The notes beneath the pieces are model-generated. The model saw nothing but the letters and a program-made list of their open reading frames with translations. It had not been told where the DNA came from and searched no databases. Source: an uncultured Pseudomonadota bacterium (GTDB taxonomy: Bacteria; Pseudomonadota; Alphaproteobacteria; Rs-D84). Taken from it: DNA of 64,000 nt. Positions 8,318 through 16,740 of the stretch are shown here, in pieces. Position 1 is the stretch's first letter. Every line of letters begins with the position of its first letter. A program made the position numbers and the translations under genes. Where the stretch lies: the NCBI GenBank assembly GCA_902788485.1, contig CADAKI010000003.1, forward strand, positions 5,032 to 69,031, written 5' to 3'.

Positions 8318-10931
8318 GTTGTATCCTGATATATTCTTGATTGTCAGACGCGCCAGTTATACGCGAAAACACCCGCCACAGGTTTGCATACCACGATAAT
8401 TCATTTGCGTTTTTATACGGCGTAAAACCATAGATATACAATTCGTCGCGCGCACGCGTCATCGCAACATATAATAACCTAAAATATTCGGCAATTTGCA
8501 AATCATGCCGGACGTCAATCGCAGATTGCACAGATTCTGTTTTGGTTATGCCCGACGCACACCAAATCCATGGCGTGGCATATTCCGGTATGACCCCAAC
8601 CGGCAATGGCACAATGTTATCAGAATCCGGGGTGCGAACGGTATCAATCAAAAATACAACCGAGGATTCCAGACCCTTGCTGCCATGAATTGTGACAATA
8701 CGAACACCCATTGCCGCATCCATATCGCGTTTTATTTCCGCACCACCCGTGATAAACCATTTTAAAAATTCGTGTAATGTTCCGGTTTGTGTACGCTCGT
8801 ACGATAAACATATCGTCATGAATTCTTCCAATGGGTCGATAATTTGTTCGCCCAATGCCGCAATCATTTTTTCACGATTATCGTCGCGCGACAGCACATA
8901 TGTAAAAAATGAATATGGTGACATTTTTGCCGATACCGCCACAATTTCTGACAAACACGAAAATACCGCCGGATTATATTCCGCCAAGACAGCGTAAACC
9001 GTGGTCGTTGTGCCATCGTCCATGGCATTTTTCTGATTTTTTTTATGACACAGGTTATAAATATCGGATTCAGAAAAACGAAACAGCGGACTTTTTAACA
9101 CACAACACAAAGAATAATCGTCAGTTATATCCAAACAAAAACGCGTCAAATTCAGTAAATCGCGAATTGCAGAAAATGTTGGTAAAATGATTCTATCACT
9201 GCCCGCGACAGGAATGCCCATTTTTTTCAATTCAAAAACCAATGGTGCCATAAACGGATGACGATTTTGCACCAAAACCATTATGTCGCCCGGCATATAT
9301 TTGCCCGCCGCCAACACGGATTGTATTTTTTGCGCGATTTTTTTCACATAATCCACCGTCGTATCGTTTGTTTCACCCCGCGCCACCAAACGATGCAATT
9401 CCACCAATCCAGGATTTTTATCATGCGTTGCACGAAAACATATATGCGGTTGATTTACAAATGCACTGACATTTTTAACCGTTTCATCGTCAAAAAATGT
9501 ATCAACCGCATGCAATACCGATGGCAACGAACGGAAATTTTGCGCCAACGGTATATCACGAATTGTGCGATAATTATTTTCAATTTGACGCGCAATATCA
9601 TCACGCGAACGAATAAATGCAACCGGGTCGGCACCTTGGAATCCATAGATTGATTGTTTTGTGTCCCCCACAACAAACAACGAACGCGGCAAATCAGACG
9701 TATCACCATTATCAAAAAAATCACCCGTCAGCATACGAATTATATCCCATTGTAATGGCGATGTATCTTGGGCCTCGTCCACCAAGATATGCGACAATGT
9801 CACATCCATTTGCGACAATACCCACCCCATTGTTTGGGGATCTGAAAACAATTTACGGGTGTATAAAATCAAATCAGAAAAATCCAAAATATTTCGTGCG
9901 CGTTTTGTTTCCATATACCCACGCGCAAACGCCGCCGACAAATCAAACAGTGCGATCGTATCATCATATATTTTTTTGTTTTCATTATATTCATTTATCG
10001 CAAACACGCGCGATTGTTCCGCAACAAAATCAGGATTGTTTGATACCACAACAATTTTTCCACCCGTTTTTGTTAAATATGCAGTTTTATATTCATCGAA
10101 ACCTATTTTTTCATCAATGTATTTTTGTGTTAAATCCACAATCGTTTGCAGATATTTTTTTGCCCCATGGATTGATTGCAATTCCCGCGCCGTATCCAGT
10201 AATTCTTGCAAGCGAGATTTGGTAATTTTGTTATCTGGCACATTTTTGATTTTTAAAAATTCTGCAATCGTTTCAGTAAAATATTCACGATATTTAATAT
10301 AATTTGTTATTCCAAAAAAATCTTGATAATGTCGTTCCAAAATATTTAACAAATCATCGATTGCGTATTCAGAAACGCGTTCCACTATGCGCGAAAACGC
10401 GTTTTGTGTTGCCGCATCCTTGTCGGCACGCAACATATTGTTAAAAACATCCCATAATAACGCGCGCTTGTCGGCATCAGACACCAATTTCCATGCAGGC
10501 GATATTCCGGCCTCAATCGGGAAACGACGCAAAACCTCCTCGCAAAAACCATGAATAGTTTTTACCTTTAACATATTTGGATTATCGATATATGTAAAAA
10601 ATATTTCACGCGCATGCGCTATATCGCCATCCGACACAACACGATTTTGCGCCACACCATCCAATAATTCGCGCATATCGTCATCGGACGCAGACGCCCA
10701 TTTTTTCAAGTTTTTTAATATTCTGTTGCGCATTTCGCCCGCGCCCGCATTTGTATATGTCAAACACAGAACACCCGTTTTTAACACATCGGGCGTACGA
10801 AATAAAATACGTAATAAACGCTGGGTCAGGACACTGGTTTTTCCGGTACCAGCATTCGCCTGGACCCAAACATTTTCGATTGGGTTGGCGGCGTAATCTT
10901 GTTCAGGTGAAAGAATTGTCTTTTTTCCCAT
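8298..10931 (-). CDS. addA: AddA-type UvrD/Rep superfamily-1 helicase part (877 aa)
   Basis: VQANAGTGKTSVLTQR (Walker A), VDEAQDTSP, VGDTKQSIYGFQGA and YVAMTRARDELY helicase motifs. Confidence 0.85.
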   Translation of the reverse strand: MGKKTILSPEQDYAANPIENVWVQANAGTGKTSVLTQRLLRILFRTPDVLKTGVLCLTYTNAGAGEMRNRILKNLKKWASASDDDMRELLDGVAQNRVVSDGDIAHAREIFFTYIDNPNMLKVKTIHGFCEEVLRRFPIEAGISPAWKLVSDADKRALLWDVFNNMLRADKDAATQNAFSRIVERVSEYAIDDLLNILERHYQDFFGITNYIKYREYFTETIAEFLKIKNVPDNKITKSRLQELLDTARELQSIHGAKKYLQTIVDLTQKYIDEKIGFDEYKTAYLTKTGGKIVVVSNNPDFVAEQSRVFAINEYNENKKIYDDTIALFDLSAAFARGYMETKRARNILDFSDLILYTRKLFSDPQTMGWVLSQMDVTLSHILVDEAQDTSPLQWDIIRMLTGDFFDNGDTSDLPRSLFVVGDTKQSIYGFQGADPVAFIRSRDDIARQIENNYRTIRDIPLAQNFRSLPSVLHAVDTFFDDETVKNVSAFVNQPHICFRATHDKNPGLVELHRLVARGETNDTTVDYVKKIAQKIQSVLAAGKYMPGDIMVLVQNRHPFMAPLVFELKKMGIPVAGSDRIILPTFSAIRDLLNLTRFCLDITDDYSLCCVLKSPLFRFSESDIYNLCHKKNQKNAMDDGTTTTVYAVLAEYNPAVFSCLSEIVAVSAKMSPYSFFTYVLSRDDNREKMIAALGEQIIDPLEEFMTICLSYERTQTGTLHEFLKWFITGGAEIKRDMDAAMGVRIVTIHGSKGLESSVVFLIDTVRTPDSDNIVPLPVGVIPEYATPWIWCASGITKTESVQSAIDVRHDLQIAEYFRLLYVAMTRARDELYIYGFTPYKNANELSWYANLWRVFSRITGASDNQEYIRIQHEQPTE

Positions 10932-11022
10932 TTTGTTTAATTTATCATCTTGCTTTCTGTGTTTTATTTTAGTATAAATTCAAAAGCACTGCAAGAGTAT
11001 AAACCGTTGGGGGAGAAAAAAA

Positions 11023-12939
11023 ATGCCAACCACACAAATTTTGTTGATTGTTTTAGGTTTTGTTTCGGTATTATTGTTGATTGCGTTAATTGTATCTTTT
11101 TCAATTTCACGCAAATCTCAACATGTTATGGAATCTTTGTTAACCATTTTAACACACCCGGAACGTGTCCAGGTTCATGATGCCGCACGTGTGTTAAATA
11201 CCGTTTTGGCCGACGAAATTGCGAAAATTCATGCAGGATTTCAAACATTACAAGAAACATTACGCACGCAAATCGCAACGGCGGAAGATTTACAACAACG
11301 ACTGAATACACAAAACGATGTTTTAACAAATACCGCAGATGACGCGACAAAAAAAGTCGCAAATATGTCTCAACGATTGGAAAATACTGTTGATGGGTTG
11401 CAAAATATCGTGAATTCCGAAAATTGGAATTCTGTTGCCCATTCCGCAGATAATTTTTCTGCAAATATTGGCGAAATGTTGGCAAAAATTGATACAACGA
11501 CAAATGATGTGAACACGCGGGTTGATAATATTCAAAACCAAATCACAACATGGATTGACGCGGGCGAAAAATTAAATACAGAATTGAACACAAATTTTGA
11601 AAACAATACCAATCAAATGAAATCGCTGACTGACAACACGAACACCATGCGCGATACATTGTCTGATTTAAGTAAATCTGTGGCAGATGGTTTCGACAAT
11701 ATAAAAACATCGGCCGCCGGATACGAAGATGTATTACGAACAAACGACAAATTTATGAACGACCATTTGGTAAAAATGGACGCATACAGCAAAAACGCAA
11801 AGAAACAGTTAGTGGCACAAACAAATACATTGACCAATACCGCAAATGTCGTCGCCAGTCAGGTGCAACTGGCCGAATCATCAATTGACAAACAAACACG
11901 CAAATTAACCGATGCGGTTGATACATTAATGACATCCGCCACCACGACCGAGGCATCTGTGCGCGGTGTATCAAACGAACTGTCGGGGCTGACCAACCAT
12001 TTCAATGACGAAATCAAAGATTTTGCGACATCGGTGGTGTCTGAAATAAAAACGGTGTCGGGTGTTGCAAATGTCACATTAGAAAACACAAAAACCGCCG
12101 CAAATGCGTTTTCAGAATCGGTCAAAACAATGGCGACCGGTGTGCGCGAAACATTGATTGAAATGAATACGGCGCATACCCAGTTATCTGGTCAATCGCA
12201 AAATTTAATCAAATTGTCGGCGGATACAACCGCACAATTACAACCATTGTCTGAATTAATTGAAAAATATTATGCCGCCCTGCCCGATTTGTCGCACTTG
12301 TCGATTGAGACAAACGATAATTTGAACAAAATTGTGGCAAACATGGAAAAAAATATCATGTTGATAAAACAGGCAATCGCAGATTCAACCGTATCTATGT
12401 CTGAATCAACAACAAAATTGGAAGATTTGGCCGGCGGGGCGCGTCAACAAATGATTGATTTAATGTCTGATTATGCCAAGGCCGTGAATACATTACAAAC
12501 ATTAAACAAACAAATGATGGTTGCACGCGCATCGGCACCAATGGATGCAATGAAATCTGCCCCGGTTGCGGCGGTCGCCGCCGCCAGTGGGTCTGATTTT
12601 TTGGCAAATGTTGATTTTGGGAAACTGCACGAATTATCAATGGATTTAACCCAGGCAATCGGCGCAGATATTCCAGATGTGATTTGGAAAAAATATCATG
12701 CCGGCGATGCAACGATTTTTTCAAAATGGTTGTCCAAGATGTTGACGGCATCTGATAAAAAACAAATTCGTGAATTGTTAAAAAACGACACAATATTCCG
12801 TTCCCAGGCATCCCAATTTGTTCGTGGTTTTGGCAAAATATTGGACGGTGCGGATTCTACGGATACACCGGATACCGTAAAATCAAAATTATTAAAATCC
12901 GATTTAGGAAATATTTACACCCACCTGAAAGGAAAATAA
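11023..12939 (+). CDS. membrane-anchored long coiled-coil protein (638 aa)
   Basis: One N-terminal TM (ILLIVLGFVSVLLLIALIV), about 450 aa of T/N/Q/D-rich heptad-like sequence, and a distinct C-terminal domain (DVIWKKYHAGDATIFSKWL..FRSQASQFVRGF). Confidence 0.6.
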   Translation: MPTTQILLIVLGFVSVLLLIALIVSFSISRKSQHVMESLLTILTHPERVQVHDAARVLNTVLADEIAKIHAGFQTLQETLRTQIATAEDLQQRLNTQNDVLTNTADDATKKVANMSQRLENTVDGLQNIVNSENWNSVAHSADNFSANIGEMLAKIDTTTNDVNTRVDNIQNQITTWIDAGEKLNTELNTNFENNTNQMKSLTDNTNTMRDTLSDLSKSVADGFDNIKTSAAGYEDVLRTNDKFMNDHLVKMDAYSKNAKKQLVAQTNTLTNTANVVASQVQLAESSIDKQTRKLTDAVDTLMTSATTTEASVRGVSNELSGLTNHFNDEIKDFATSVVSEIKTVSGVANVTLENTKTAANAFSESVKTMATGVRETLIEMNTAHTQLSGQSQNLIKLSADTTAQLQPLSELIEKYYAALPDLSHLSIETNDNLNKIVANMEKNIMLIKQAIADSTVSMSESTTKLEDLAGGARQQMIDLMSDYAKAVNTLQTLNKQMMVARASAPMDAMKSAPVAAVAAASGSDFLANVDFGKLHELSMDLTQAIGADIPDVIWKKYHAGDATIFSKWLSKMLTASDKKQIRELLKNDTIFRSQASQFVRGFGKILDGADSTDTPDTVKSKLLKSDLGNIYTHLKGK

Positions 12940-12967
12940 AAAAACGCCCAATCGGGCGTTTTTTTTC
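12940..12967 (+). terminator. intrinsic terminator
   Basis: aacgccc-aatc-gggcgtt hairpin followed by T8. Confidence 0.85.
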
Positions 12968-13005
12968 AGTGTTCAGAGTTCATATAATGAATTATTAATA
13001 ATAAT

Positions 13006-13034
13006 TTGCAAAATCATATTTTATCGGGTAAAAT
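13006..13034 (+). promoter_or_regulatory. sigma-70-like promoter (TTGCAA-17-TAAAAT)
   Basis: Hexamers and 17-nt spacing read directly from the sequence. Confidence 0.5.
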
Positions 13035-13040
13035 ATAATT

Positions 13041-13191
13041 GCATTGGTGTGTTGCCAGTGTGGGACAAGAAAACCCTTGCATAGAGAAAACTCCAACCAG
13101 GTTGGAGGGTCGCGAATATTCGAATAAGCGACGCTACACTCTATGGTAGTTTTTCTTGCCTCCAACCGCGCTTTTTCCGCGGTATTTTTTT
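13041..13191 (+). promoter_or_regulatory. structured about 150-nt leader or sRNA with terminator/antiterminator potential, upstream of the XRE gene
   Basis: Closing helix 13062-13086/13139-13163. Hairpins at 13091-13107 and 13109-13132. ctccaacc is duplicated (13091 and 13160) and can pair alternatively with ggttggag. Terminator at 13165-13191. Confidence 0.5.
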
Positions 13192-13207
13192 ATCAAGGAG
13201 GAGAGAA

Positions 13208-13426
13208 ATGTCTATTGTTTTAATTGATGCGCGTGCCTATGGACAACAGTTGCGCCGGGCGCGTAAATCGTTGCATATGAATAAATCGACCGTGGCGGAA
13301 ATTTTGAAAATATCCGCGCATGATTTGTACTTGTATGAAATTGGGCGATTGCCGATTCCGCCGGATTTGCTGTGCGCGTTGTTGCATCGTGGTTTGGCGT
13401 TGACCGCCGTCAAAACACATAAATAA
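13208..13426 (+). CDS. small XRE-family helix-turn-helix protein (72 aa)
   Basis: GQQLRRARKSLHMNKSTVAEILKISAHDLYLYEIG fits the HTH_XRE pattern. Strong SD aaggagg. Confidence 0.65.
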   Translation: MSIVLIDARAYGQQLRRARKSLHMNKSTVAEILKISAHDLYLYEIGRLPIPPDLLCALLHRGLALTAVKTHK

Positions 13427-13452
13427 AAAAACGCCCGATTGGGCGTTTTTTT
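13425..13452. terminator. bidirectional terminator between the XRE gene and hup
   Basis: aacgcccgattgggcgtt hairpin with A and T runs on both sides. Confidence 0.85.
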
Positions 13453-13466
13453 ATTTCGATTACTCT

Positions 13467-13739
13467 TTAGTTCAAAGCATCTTTCAAAGCCTTACCAGGT
13501 TTGAATTTTGGTTGAACAGAAGCAGGAATTTTAATCGCAGCACCTGTTTGAGGATTACGGCCAGTTGTCGCCTTGCGTTTTGCAGATGTGAATGTGCCAA
13601 AACCAACCAAGCGAACTTCGCCTTTCTTTTTCAAAACTTTGGTAACAGTGTTGATAAATGCATCCAAGCAAGAAGCAGCAGTTGCCTTGGTAACTTCGAC
13701 TTCGTTTGCGATTGCTTCAATCAATTGTTGTTTGTTCAT
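13467..13739 (-). CDS. hup: DNA-binding protein HU
   Basis: MNKQQLIEAIA...GFGTF....R.A..GRNPQTG..I.IPA...P.FK.GK.LKD. Confidence 0.97.
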   Translation of the reverse strand: MNKQQLIEAIANEVEVTKATAASCLDAFINTVTKVLKKKGEVRLVGFGTFTSAKRKATTGRNPQTGAAIKIPASVQPKFKPGKALKDALN

Positions 13740-13782
13740 ATGTTTCTCCTTTCATAGGTTTTTTATTTAAACGACAGTCCAC

Positions 13783-13870
13783 CGAGCAATGCCTTTGAAA
13801 TCGCGCCCCAATTCCGCCGTTTTTGCCTTGCGCAATCCGTGCGGTCGGCGAATTTCAAGGACATTGCTCG
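13783..13870 (-). promoter_or_regulatory. long imperfect hairpin in the hup 5' UTR
   Basis: Inverted repeat 13783-13807 / 13847-13870, about 24 bp with a few mismatches, between the predicted promoter and the SD. Confidence 0.5.
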
Positions 13871-13884
13871 TTCTGTTCATCCGA

Positions 13885-13913
13885 ATCATAGAGAATCCCG
13901 CTTTTCAAGTCAA
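13885..13913 (-). promoter_or_regulatory. sigma-70-like promoter for hup (TTGACT-17-TATGAT on the minus strand)
   Basis: Hexamers and spacing read from the sequence. Confidence 0.55.
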
Positions 13914-13976
13914 GACCAAATTGAATTTACCCCGCGATTCTTTGGAACCCATAATTTAATATATATAAATAAGTAA

Positions 13977-14504
13977 TTATTTTGTCACATTTTTATATAA
14001 TGCGGCCTTGGGCCAACGACCATCCAACACATCGTGCCATTCAGAACGATTTGGCGTATTATTTTCACATAAAACAAAATTCCCAGCCACACCACGAACA
14101 TGCACAACGCGATAATGATTCGGTGTATTCATTGCCAACATTAATATTACAAACGCCCAAAACAGCAACTTGGTAAATCCCCACGGTTTCAAAAACATAT
14201 TTCTGTTGAATTTATCTTTTAATAAATTTTGATATAATGCCCAGCCCCATGTGAACAACAGCATCGTCAACGCAAAAAACATACCAATCGTTAATGGCGT
14301 TTGAATCGAACGCAAAATTTCCGATGCCGCATCCCAACCATCGGATGCCGCCGGACATATGTATAAAACATCACCCAATAGTTTATCCGGAACATTTACC
14401 GTTGGTGCAATATTGCCCAAATGGACATTAAAAAACGCCATCAATGCAACCAATGTCATTAAAGCCAATGCAAAAATCATTGTCTGTTTCATATTGTTCC
14501 TCAC
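13977..14504 (-). CDS. hypothetical integral membrane protein (175 aa)
   Basis: Three to four hydrophobic helices. No family recognised. Confidence 0.5.
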   Translation of the reverse strand: MRNNMKQTMIFALALMTLVALMAFFNVHLGNIAPTVNVPDKLLGDVLYICPAASDGWDAASEILRSIQTPLTIGMFFALTMLLFTWGWALYQNLLKDKFNRNMFLKPWGFTKLLFWAFVILMLAMNTPNHYRVVHVRGVAGNFVLCENNTPNRSEWHDVLDGRWPKAALYKNVTK

Positions 14505-14631
14505 TATAATCGCTATTATTATATCATAAATTTGGGTGTATGTTTTATAAAAAAATTCAAAATATGATTGAAAATGTCTGCCTTTGTTTATAAAATGCGG
14601 TAAGAAATGTAATAAAACCCGGGGTATAATT

Positions 14632-16710
14632 ATGAATTACGATGAAATCAGAAAATTGTTTTTGAATTATTTTGAACAACATGGGCATAAAATCGTGCCG
14701 TCGGCGTCACTGATTCCGGATGACCCGACATTGTTATTTACGGTTGCCGGTATGGTGCCATGGAAAAATATATTTTTGGGAAACGCACAACCTGTCGCAC
14801 CACGTGTTGCCGATGTGCAAAAATGTATTCGCGCCGGTGGTAAACATAATGATTTAGACGAAGTGGGTTTTGATGGTCGACATCATACTTTCTTTGAAAT
14901 GTTGGGAAATTGGTCGTTTGGCGATTATTTCAAAGAAGAAGCAATCAAAATGTCTTGGGATTTATTGACCAATGTTTTGAAATTGGACCCAAATCGTATT
15001 GTGGTGACGACCCATATTTCTGATGACGAGGCAACAAAACTTTGGAAAAAGATTGCCGGCAAGGATGCAATCCGTTTGGATAAAGATAACTGGTGGTCGG
15101 CGGGCGATGTTGGTCCGTGCGGGCCTTGCACCGAAATGCATTATGATATGGGCGCGGATTTGCCGGGTGGACTGCCGGGGTCTGAAAATGAAGATGGTGG
15201 TCGTTATGTCGAAATATGGAACGATGTGTTTATGCAATACAATCGCGATGCAAATGGGAATTTAACAAACCTGCCGAAATGTAATGTTGATACCGGCGCC
15301 GGTTTGGAACGTTGGGCCGCGGTATTACAAGGTGTGCGCGACAATTATGATACGGATTTATTCCAACATTTAATGGATGCGACATCTGATGTTGTGCATG
15401 TGGCGCGCAATGCGGAAAACACACCGTCTTTCAAAATTATTGCCGACCATTTACGCGCGGTTGGGTTCGCAATCGCCGATGGTGTAATTCCAAGTAATAC
15501 GGACCGCGGTTATGTAATTCGTCGTATTTTGCGTCGTGCAATGCGACATGGGCAATTATTGGGACACAATGGTCCGTTGCTAAGTGCACTGTATCCCGCA
15601 TTGGTGCGTGAAATGGGCGCGGCATATCCAGAATTGGCGCGCGAAGAAAAACATGTTGTTGAAATTATCAAAAACGAAGAAAACGCGTTTCGCGATATGT
15701 TGCAAAGTGGTATGAAATTATTGGAATCTGAATTGCCAAATGTGCAAAACAAAATTTTGCCGGGCGCCGTTGCGTTCAAATTGTTTGACACATATGGTTT
15801 TCCATTGGATTTGACACAAATGATTCTGCGTGACCGTGGCATGTCTGTGGATGTTGAGGGCTTTGACGCCGCGATGCGCGAACAAAAAGAACGCAGTCGC
15901 GCCGACACCCGCGGAACAAAAATTTTGTGGGAATCACGTGGCGAATTGCCGGCAACCGATGATGCAACAAAATATGCGCCGGTGGCGGATATGAAATCGA
16001 CGGTTTTGGCGATTTTGCGTGATGGAGAGTTTGTGGATTCTGCCGCGCCCGGGGACAATGTTGAAATCGCATTAGATAAAACAAATTTCTATGGCACCCA
16101 AGGTGGCCAGGTTGGCGATGCCGGTGAATTGCGTATCGGTGCGGATACGGTGGTCACCGTGACCGAGGCAACACGTGCCGGTAATATCGTTGTTCACAAG
16201 GGTACTGTTCAAAAAGCAATCAATGTTGGCGATGTTGTGAATCCGGTTATAAATACCGGTATTCGTGAACAAACGGCACGCGCACACACGGCAACGCATT
16301 TATTACAGGCGGCCTTGCGTCGTGTGTTGAATACCGATGTGGAACAACGCGGTTCGCGTGTTGCGCCGGATTCTGTGCGGTTTGATTTTTCATTTGGGCG
16401 TGCAATGACAGATGACGAAAAGACCCAGGTCGAAAATTTAGTAAATGATTGGATTGCGGCAAATATGGATGTTAAACACGAAGAAATGCCGATTGACGCG
16501 GCGCGCGCGCGTGGTGCGATGGCATTGTTTGGCGAAAAATACGGTGATGTCGTGCGTGTGATTACGGCGGGCGATGTGTCGTGCGAACTGTGTGGTGGAA
16601 CACATGTTTATCACACCGGCGAAATTATCCGGGCACATATCAACAAAGAAAAATCTGTGGCAAGTGGTATCCGCAGAATCACAATGTCGGTTGGAAACCT
16701 GGCAGAATAA
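14632..16710 (+). CDS. alaS: alanine--tRNA ligase, short form (about 692 aa) lacking the C-Ala domain
   Basis: FTVAGMVPWK, KCIRAGGKHNDLDEVG and FFEMLGNWSFGDYFK catalytic motifs. Editing-domain HxxxH (HTATHLL) and CGGTH. Start set to ATG 14632 (MNYDEIRKLF). Confidence 0.93.
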   Translation: MNYDEIRKLFLNYFEQHGHKIVPSASLIPDDPTLLFTVAGMVPWKNIFLGNAQPVAPRVADVQKCIRAGGKHNDLDEVGFDGRHHTFFEMLGNWSFGDYFKEEAIKMSWDLLTNVLKLDPNRIVVTTHISDDEATKLWKKIAGKDAIRLDKDNWWSAGDVGPCGPCTEMHYDMGADLPGGLPGSENEDGGRYVEIWNDVFMQYNRDANGNLTNLPKCNVDTGAGLERWAAVLQGVRDNYDTDLFQHLMDATSDVVHVARNAENTPSFKIIADHLRAVGFAIADGVIPSNTDRGYVIRRILRRAMRHGQLLGHNGPLLSALYPALVREMGAAYPELAREEKHVVEIIKNEENAFRDMLQSGMKLLESELPNVQNKILPGAVAFKLFDTYGFPLDLTQMILRDRGMSVDVEGFDAAMREQKERSRADTRGTKILWESRGELPATDDATKYAPVADMKSTVLAILRDGEFVDSAAPGDNVEIALDKTNFYGTQGGQVGDAGELRIGADTVVTVTEATRAGNIVVHKGTVQKAINVGDVVNPVINTGIREQTARAHTATHLLQAALRRVLNTDVEQRGSRVAPDSVRFDFSFGRAMTDDEKTQVENLVNDWIAANMDVKHEEMPIDAARARGAMALFGEKYGDVVRVITAGDVSCELCGGTHVYHTGEIIRAHINKEKSVASGIRRITMSVGNLAE

Positions 16711-16740
16711 AAAAAACACCGCAATCGCGGTGTTTTTTTG
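16711..16740. terminator. bidirectional terminator immediately after the alaS stop
   Basis: aaaaaaacaccgcaatcgcggtgttttttt. Confidence 0.85.

Noticed and set aside
10932-12939. ORF 11023..12939 as the missing addB partner of addA.
   Set aside because: It is on the opposite strand, has an N-terminal TM helix and a coiled-coil composition, and lacks any helicase, nuclease or Fe-S motifs.
13041-13191. Known riboswitch classes, 6S RNA or 4.5S RNA for the structured RNA upstream of the XRE gene.
   Set aside because: None of the signature sequences I know is present: TPP CUGAGA/ACCCUU..CUGG, the SAM-II AAAGCU context, preQ1, fluoride, guanidine ACGR loops, the ZTP pseudoknot, or the SRP GGAA/AGCA motif. 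It is left unclassified.
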